A stretch of DNA of 43,596 bases, the filler included, from Jimgerdemannia flammicorona (taxonomy: Eukaryota), in assembly GCA_003990765.1 (NCBI GenBank). It is 2 parts of 2 records of this genome, joined end to end, with 100 filler letters (N's around TTAATTAATTAA, not from the genome) between each part and the next. Parts side by side here need not be neighbours in the genome. Positions count along the whole stretch, not along the records: positions 21,850 to 43,596 come from RBNJ01001401.1; 1 more part is not named here. One strand, written 5' to 3'. The notes under the pieces were generated by a model that ran no database searches, had not been told where the DNA came from, and was given only the letters and a program-made list of their open reading frames with translations. This document shows positions 35,601 to 43,596 of this stretch, in pieces; the first letter of the stretch is position 1, and each line of letters opens with the position of its first letter. The position numbers were made by a program, and so were the translations under genes.

Positions 35601-38419
35601 AGAAAAAGGGTGAGGTGTGCTTCTAGTTAGTTGGTTAGATTACAGATGGAATGGGCAGATTTGTTAACTTCTGGCAAGATTGATGATTGGTAGTTGGGAT
35701 ATGTGAAACTAAAGGTTATAGAGCTGCAACAGATGTTGAGAGAGGAGGAGGAGATGTACATGAGAGGAATGGCAGCCAGGCTGAGATGGCAGGGGCTTGA
35801 AGAGAGAGAGAGGCCTACTAGATACTTGTCAAGACTCCTCCAGGCCAAGAAGGTGTAGCATTGATGGGATGGGGTCCTTGATGTAGAGGGAGAAATGGTG
35901 CATAGTATACAACAGATCTTGGAGGTACTGAAGGAGAGGTGGGGGGGTCTGTAGAGTGAGGAGAAAGGGGGTGAGGATGAGATAGCAATTGGAGATATGC
36001 TAGAGGATTAGGATCCACTGCAAGTTAAGGGTCTTGGTGACTTGATCCTACTGGTCTAAGAGGAGGAAATCCAGTAAGTCCTTGTGGTAACTAAGTTTGA
36101 GATAGTACTGAGAAAGGATGGGTTATCTTGGAACTTCTGGAAGAAGATGGTGAAGGTTTCTAGAATGATAGGAGAGATGGCAGCTCTCTGTGATCATGTT
36201 CTTCTGAATGGCAAGTGGGTTGGTGAGCAGGACTTGGGGTTAGTAGCCTTGTTATACAAAGACAAGGAGGGGAGAGAGGACTGGAAGAACTGGAGACTAA
36301 TCATACTCCTAGATATAGATAGGAAGATGGTGATCAAAGTGATTGTTGCAAGACTATAGAAGGTTGCCCAACAGGTACTGGGTGAGGAGCAGTGGGGCTT
36401 TATTAGAGACAGGCTTATTAGAGATGTGACCATTTGGGTTTATGGTATTATTGAAGGATCATAGGCTTGTGGATTGGATGGAAGACTGGGTTTTTGGACC
36501 AGGAAAAGATCTATAACTATATTCAGTGAGTGTGGCTAGACAAGATACTAGATAGAATTGGTATTCCCCCATAATTTTGAGCTTCTATGTTGAATCTGTT
36601 AGAGGGGAGTAGGGCAGCACTGATGTGTAATGGTTACCAGGGTCTAGTATTCCCCTTAGGGAGATAAGTTCCTCAGAGAGATCCATTGTCTCCTATCCTC
36701 TATACTCTTTTATTAGAACCTTTAATAGATAGAATATAATAGAGAGTGATAAGGCTCTCTGTATATGATGTGGTATAGAAGATGGGGGCCTTTGTAGATG
36801 ATATAGTAGTTGGACTTGACTCAGTGGCAGATGTTGGGGTACTTAAGGAGACTGTGAAATGGTATGAGGCACATTCTGGGGTAAAGCTCAACTGGTACAA
36901 GTGTGAGATAATGGTGCTGGGGAATGGACTAGTAAGAGGAGATATTATTAGAACAATTATCCCTACAGGAGAAGTGGTGCAGTATCTGGGTATCTTTCTT
37001 TTAGTATATGGGTCTGTCTTGCCAAGAGTGTGATGGGAGAGGAGGGTGGCAATCTGGGGTGAGGTTCTTAGAGATTGGGGAGATTGCCACAACTCTTTAG
37101 TGGGCCAGGTATTGATTCTGAATGTCTACTGGTTCCCCAAGCTATGGTATATTGCTTATCATCTAGACTTTCTAGCTTAGGTAGTGAAGAGACTGATGAA
37201 GATGGCTAGAGATTAGATTTGGGCAGAGAGGTAGTCTCAGATCAGTTGGGACACTCTTGCAATACCAGTGGATAGGAGAGGGCTAGGCCTAGTGGATTTT
37301 TCTAAGAGGCTGTACTATCTGCAAGCTTGGTGGTTGAAAAGGGCTATTGAACTGCAGGGTGGGGGTTGGGTGTCACTGATGCAGAAGGTGTGGGAGACGA
37401 GATTCTCCCCATGAGGGTTGTTAGGAGATTTGCTATCTCTAGTAGATCTGGATGGAAGCCAATGGCTATGGTATAAGGACTTCTGGTGAGGGATAGTAGA
37501 TGGCACACACTGAACAGACTTGCACTGGTAAAGCAATGAGGAGAAGATACTGTGGGGTCTGGCTATATAGCAATGGGGCAGCCTACTTTTGGGAGATATT
37601 CTACTTGTAGAATTTGACATTGGTGAAGGAGTGGAGTGTCAGCAGGAACTTGGCCAAGATCTATAGCCAAGTAGTTGGTAAGTAGTGGGGATTGGCAAGG
37701 AGTGGGACTAGGCAGGAGTCTGGTCATGGAGTACTGAAGTGTAGAGATGGCTTTCTCCTAAGTTCTGGGTGGTATGGTGGAGGATGCTGAGGAGAAATAT
37801 CATGTTGAATTTCCATGCTGGACATCTTGTAGATGGTGAACAATTAGAATGTGAGGAGTGTCATAATGTAGAACAAGTGGGGAGATTTGTGCAGATGCCA
37901 GAACATTGACTGGGAGAGTGTGAGATTCTGGGGGACTTTTGGATGGCAATAGGGGACCAGATAGATGTAGAGAGGAGGCTGGATGGAGAGAGAGATTGCT
38001 GGGAGGATTTGAAATCTTGGCTAGTGGGTGGGGTGGGCAATGGATAGCTCACTGTAAAGTGGGTCCTAGCTGTATGAGTGGGGCTGGCTGGACATTGGCT
38101 CTTTGTTTTTGAGGAGAGATAGCAGATGAGTATATAGGAGAAGTTATTAAGGTGAGAGGAGTTGTTGGGGGATTTGCTGACTGGGTGGTGGGTTTGTTGG
38201 GGTCCCTAGAGTGGGTGACATTGCTGTCTGGTAGAGGGGATCTGTAAACAGAGTAGTGGGTGAGTGGTGATAGTGAATGACAAAGTGGTCTTTATTGAGA
38301 AAGAGTGGGGGGAGGACTCCCTAGGGGGATCAGGTAGGAGTGGGCACAGTATATTATATAAAGTATAGACAATGTATTAATAAAGGAAGGAGTCTAAGAA
38401 ACTATAAAAAAAAAAAAAA
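32615..38419 (+). mobile_element. Near full-length degenerate LINE (L1/Tx1-like), copy 2
   Basis: ORF1 relic ~32620-34610. ORF2 from ~34683 with INIFSLNMNRLRG (APE), WKNWRLIILLDIDRK, PQRDPLSPILY, AFVDD and YLGI. Poly(A) at 38406-38419. Confidence 0.9.
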
Positions 38420-39614
38420 GTAATTGTGACCCCAAGTTCACTAGTCACTTCTGACAAACTCTCTTCAAGACCCTGGGAACCCAACTAGCTATGTCTACCA
38501 CCTTTTACCCACAAACTGATGGATAAATCAAGTATATGAATAGAACTCTAGAATAAATGCTTAGAAACTATATTTCTTATAAGCAAGATAATTGGAACCA
38601 CTACCTGACTTATACAGAGTTTGCATATAACAATACCATCCAATTATCTACTAGTCTTTCCTCTTTCCAGTTACTCTATGGTCAAGATCCTAAGACCCCT
38701 GCAAGTCTATTCTCTTTTAAGAAAACCAGTCAAATACAAGTCTCAACTACCAAAAAACCTTATAGACAAAATGGACAAACTACTCAAAATTGCTACTGTG
38801 AATCTTCAGAAGGCTCAACAGCATCAAGCCAAGTATGCTGACAAGAAATACCATAATGTCACTTACACTGTTAGAGATTAAGTTCTACTGTCTACTAAGA
38901 ATCTCAAGATACAATCTCAAGTCAACCACTCTTTGAATAAGTTCTAACCCAAGTATATTGGACCCTTTGAGATCACTGAACAGATCTCTGCATCCTCCTA
39001 CTACCTCAAGCTATCTGAAACCATAAGAATACATTCAGTTTTTCATATATCACACCTCAAGATTTGGAATCAGTCACTACCCTACCCTGGTTGAATTCCT
39101 AAGCCTTCTGTCCCTGTGATTATTGAAGACCATATTGAGTATGAAGCTGAGAAAATTCTTAACAAACAAATCCACTACCACCATCCTAAATACCTAGTCA
39201 AGTGGATGAGTTACTCTGAATATGATGCTACCTGAGAACCACTGGTTAATCTCAAGAACTCTCAAAATCTAGTTTAAGACTTTGAGGTAAAATACATTGC
39301 CCAATCCCTATAGTGACTTCCTTGGATTATTGATAACTTACAGTAATAATCAGTGCCTTATATATTGGAAGTTTACTTTGGGACCCCAGAATTAGCAGAA
39401 TATTTAATGAACAAGAAATCTATCAAAATGAAGCTACTAGCTGGGTTTAAACCCCTCCCAGTTGGTTAGTCTGATAATAGGCCCTCTGCTCTATATAAGG
39501 ATAGTTAATTCCTACCAATGCACCAATATAAGTTTGAGAAATTTTGGTTAAGTATATCTAGTCTTATGTTATCTAAGAACTTAATAAGGATATTAATTCT
39601 TAAAGAGGGAGGGA
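38420..39614 (+). mobile_element. Gypsy/chromovirus pol 3' end: integrase core, GPF motif, chromodomain, 3' UTR and PPT
   Basis: DPKFTSHF.QTLFKTLGTQLAMSTTFYPQTDG, MLRNYI..KQDNW...EFAYNN, YIGPFEI, IHSVFHISHLK and EYEAEKIL...YLVKW..YSEYDAT.EP. PPT AAAGAGGGAGGGA at 39602-39614. Confidence 0.9.
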
Positions 39615-40077
39615 TATAACAATTTCACAGTCATATTTAGTCTTAGTATATTTTTACATCTTTAGTTAGTCTTTTCTTATTATTTCTTGAACATTCTACC
39701 ATATTCTGCCACCTTTTACTTGCTTAGAAACCTTCTCCCAGTACCTAGATACTACTAGAATATTCTTGTCTTTTCTTGGTACCAAGCATCTTATCTTAGC
39801 TAGTTATAGAACCTTTTGGAACATTGTAGAATAATATTAGTCAGCTTTACCAAGAATCTATTTCTTGGCATTTCTCTTTCTTTCCAAGATTCTTTCAGAT
39901 CTTTCTTTCAGATTATGTATAAATATTCTTATTCTCTACCTGAATAAAGCTCAGAATATTTTCTCCCAAAAATCTTTCAAGAACACTTAAACCTTTAAGT
40001 ATCTCTTCAAGCTACTTTAAGCTAACTAGAACTTTCAGATTTAGCTACTTCCTCTTAAAGAAACTAGAACTATTATA
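39615..40077 (+). mobile_element. 3' LTR (~463 bp) of the chromovirus
   Basis: Follows the PPT. Ends T(G>A)TAAC...TTA(C>T)A. Matches 41061-41524 in inverted orientation. Confidence 0.85.
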
Positions 40078-41060
40078 GTAGCTAATAATAGAATATATAG
40101 TAATACTATTTAGAGAAAAGAGTAATTAGATATATCTAATAAGTATAAGTATATCTTTAGGATACAGATTAACAAATCTGATTTAGTATCTTTAGCTAAT
40201 TATATATAATAGTATATATAAATAACTAGATATGAGTAACTATACTATACTAAGTATTTATATTATATTTCTTATACTTCTATTAGTAAAGATATATTAA
40301 AATAGATAATCAAATCTTAGTTTATTTTATATAATATATATATAATATAAGATCAAGATCTTAATAGTAAAAAAGTTCTTCTAAAAATATATTAAATTTT
40401 ATTAAAATTAGTATTATATTACAAAATAGATATATATTAATAAAATAGCTATAGAATTTCTCTTTGATAGATTTAAATAAGTAGTAATATAAAAAAGACT
40501 ATAGTAGATATTAGTTTAAATTTATCTATAAGAAGTTAATTTAGAAATTATTGAGATATTTATATATTATTATAAATAAGTATAAAGAAAAAGTATATAA
40601 AATATAAGAATATCAATTAGGAAATTTTTATTATATTATTAGCTAGAACTATATCAAAAAGCTTCAGAAAATATAAAAGATAGAGAACTCTGAGCTATAA
40701 ATTATCTTAAATTATATTTTTTTCTATAAAAATAATAAGTATTATAGTTTTTAATTAATTTATTATATATATTCTTAATAGTTATAAAAAGCTAATATAA
40801 TTTTATAATAATAGATAGAGAAAGCTACTATATATTTTACTATTATTGAGAATAGTAGAAAGTTTTCTTTAAACTATATAAATAGTTTATAACTAATAGC
40901 AAAAAATATAAAACTTATATTTCTTATTATTCTTCTATATACTTTATATATATATAGTAAGTGTATAATCTCTTATAGCAAATCAAAATATATAATTATA
41001 ATCTTTGGAGATAATATGTATATATATTCTCACTTATAATAAAGAGAAAATAATAGTATA

Positions 41061-41758
41061 TATAATGGTTCTAGTTTCTTTAAGAGGAAGTAGCTAAATC
41101 TGGAAGTTCTGATTGGTCTAAAGTAGCTTGAAGAGATACTTAAAGGTTCAAGTATTCTTGAAGGATTTCTAGAAGAAAATATTCTGAGCTTTATTTAGGC
41201 AGAGAATAAGAATATTTATATATGATCTAAAATAAAGATCTAGAAGGATCTTGGAAAGAAAGAGAAATGCCAAGAAATAGGTTCTTAGCAAAGCTGACTA
41301 ATACTATTCTACAATGTTCCAAAAGGTTCCATGACTAGCTAAGACAAGATGCTTGGTACCAAGAAAAGACAAGAATGTTCTAGTAGTATTTAGACACTAA
41401 GAGAAGATTTCTAAGCAAGTAGAAGGTGACAGAATATAGTAGAATGTTCAAGAAAAGATAAGAAAAGACTAACTAAAAGATGTGAAAATATACTAAGACT
41501 AAATATGACTGTGAAATTATTACATCTCTCTCTCCTTAAGAACCAATATCCTTATTGAGTTCTTAGGTAATACAAGACTAGATATACTTAATCAAAATTT
41601 CTCAAACTTGAATTGACACATTGGCAGGGATTGGCCATCCTCATATAGAGCAGAGGGCCTATTACCAAACTAACTAACTGGGAGGGATTTAAACCCAGCT
41701 AGTAGCTTTATTTCAGTAGACTTTTTGTTCATTAAATGTTCTGCTGGTTCCAGGGTCC
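41061..41758 (-). mobile_element. Inverted second chromovirus 3' end (LTR 41061-41524, PPT, 3' UTR)
   Basis: Reverse complement of 39380-40077. Truncated by the LINE tail at 41762. Confidence 0.85.
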
Positions 41759-41761
41759 TAT

Positions 41762-43596
41762 TTTTTTTTTTTTTTTATAGTCCCTTGGACTCCGTCTTTA
41801 TTACCAGTCTAAGAATAAGTATACAATATCCCACCCACTAACCGATCCCCATCAGGGGGCCCCACTCCACCTCTTCATGTATAAAGACCACCCTCTCACC
41901 AACTACCCCAACTCTCCCACCACTCTGACCACAGATTTTCACCACCAAGTGGCGTCTCCGACCCCCCTGCAGCCCCCAACCATGCCACCAGCCTGTCAAG
42001 GTATCCTCCATAAGGAACTGCCATCTTGCTAACCGGCACCCTAAGCTCTGTCGCTCCCCCTCCTCAAATACAAATAGCCAGTGTCCGGCCAGCTCAACCC
42101 AAATAGCCAAAACCCAGCCTAGCGTAATCCACTCCTCCTCTACCCCTCCTATCAATCGATCTCTCAGGTCCTCCCACCTCCCCCGTACATCATCACCCCT
42201 ACACCGTACCCCCAAGTGGTTCCCAATGGCCTGCCAAAAGTCTCCCAACACCTCGCACTCCCCTAGCCAATGTTCTGGCGTCTGTACCAATCTCCCTTCC
42301 TGCCCTACATTACAGTACTCCTCACAGTCAAAACAGCCCCCGGCAACAAGGTGTCCTGAGCAGAAGTTAAGTATCACATTCCTCCTCAGCACACGCCATC
42401 AGACTATCCAGTACTTCGGCGGCATCCATTTTTTCACTGCGGCACTCCAGGTCCAAACCCTCTGCCAGTCCCACTCCTCACCAATTCCAACTCCTTGCCA
42501 GCCACTAGGCCACAGATCCTGGCCCGGTCTCCTTTGGCATTCGATGCCATCACAAATGTCGAACTCCAGCAAAGGCATGCCTCCCAGAAGAATGCTCTCC
42601 CATCTCCACATCACCAGGCCCCAAGCCCTCTCTCCCTCATCTCCACGCTAGCGAATACCAATGCGGTGTACCCCCTCGGCTATACCCCACCAGAAGCCTT
42701 TATATCTCAGTTGTGCAGTGTTTCGAAGCCCAACTAATGAAAGAAGATCACCAGTCAAGCCTCTAGGCGATGTCCTCCTCTCCCATATCTTCTGCAGTAA
42801 GGGGACCCAGTCCCCTCCATGCAACTCCACCGCCCTCCTCAGCCACCAAGCCCGCAAGCAGTGTAGTCTCTTGGGGAAGTCCACCAGCCCAAGACCACCT
42901 CTTGCCACCGGTAGGGACAGAGTCTCCCAACCAATCTGACTCCATCTGCCAGCCCAAATCCATCCTTTGGCCACCTTCACCAATCTCTTCACCACCCAGG
43001 CTGGGAAGTCCAGATGATAGGCCAAATACCACAACTTCGGCAGCCAGTAAACATTCAAGATCGAGATCCTTCCTGCCAGAGAGAAGTGTCTTCCCCCCCA
43101 ACCCCGCAGGTCCTCCTCCCAAATTCCAATCCTCTGCTCCCACCACAGCCTGGGCAAAACAGACCCATAGACTGACAAATAGATGCCCAAGTACCGTACT
43201 GCCTCCCCGGTGGGGACAATTGTTCCGATAACTTCTCTGCCCACCAAGCCATTGCCCAGCACCATTGTTTTGCACTTGTGCCAATTCAGCTTTGCCCCAG
43301 AGTTCGCCTCATATCACTCCACTGTCTCCTGTAGCTCCTCAATATCCGCAGTCACTCCCAAACCAACCACCATGTCATCTGCAAAGGCACCAACCTTCCA
43401 GCCAACTCCATAGATAGAGAGCCCTACGATCCTCCGCCGAATCCTGTCCATGAGAGGTTCCAAGGAAAGAGCATACAAAATGGGGGACAGTGGGTCCCCC
43501 TGGGGCACCCCCCTACCTAGAGGGAAAGCCACCCCTCGATGCCCATTGCACACGAGCGCAGCCCTACTCCTTTCCAGTAGGCTGACCATCGCTGAC
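41762..43596 (-). mobile_element. LINE copy 3 (ORF2 RT C-terminal half and zinc knuckle); least mutated, runs off the window
   Basis: GVPQGDPLSPILY, AFADD, RYLGI, SLAGRISILN...LPKLWY, RGGLGL and CFDCEEYC...QTPEHWLGEC. Poly(T) at 41762-41776. Retains CpGs. Confidence 0.93.

Noticed and set aside
1..43596. tRNA, rRNA or other ncRNA genes
   Set aside because: None recognisable by eye. A covariance-model scan (tRNAscan-SE, Infernal/Rfam) would be needed to exclude them.

Overview
Eukaryotic genomic DNA from an intron-rich fungus. Gene families and repeat types suggest Mucoromycota, possibly Endogonales, but this is inference. A CpG-rich gene island (~5.8-20.4 kb) contains the cis-Golgi syntaxin sed5, a probably pseudogenised Crinkler-like PD-(D/E)xK nuclease-fold gene, a frameshifted membrane-protein pseudogene, a homocysteine S-methyltransferase, and a large SRA/SAD + Cys-cluster + AlkB 2OG-Fe(II) dioxygenase gene with AT-hooks. 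The flanks are AT-rich, CpG-depleted, C-to-T hypermutated transposon debris: three L1/Tx1-like LINE copies, Gypsy/chromovirus remnants, long LTRs carrying ORFs, and foldback MITEs. An artificial N/TTAATTAATTAA linker at 21750-21849 means the two halves may not be contiguous. The most unusual signal is two unrelated, intronless, low-GC coding fragments (4013-5777 and ~11471-11946) that read best with TGA=Trp (Mollicutes-like code 4). Both run into the same 42-bp sequence (41/42 identical). This suggests repeated capture of DNA from a Mycoplasma-related endobacterium or its phage, via a shared terminus or attachment element.
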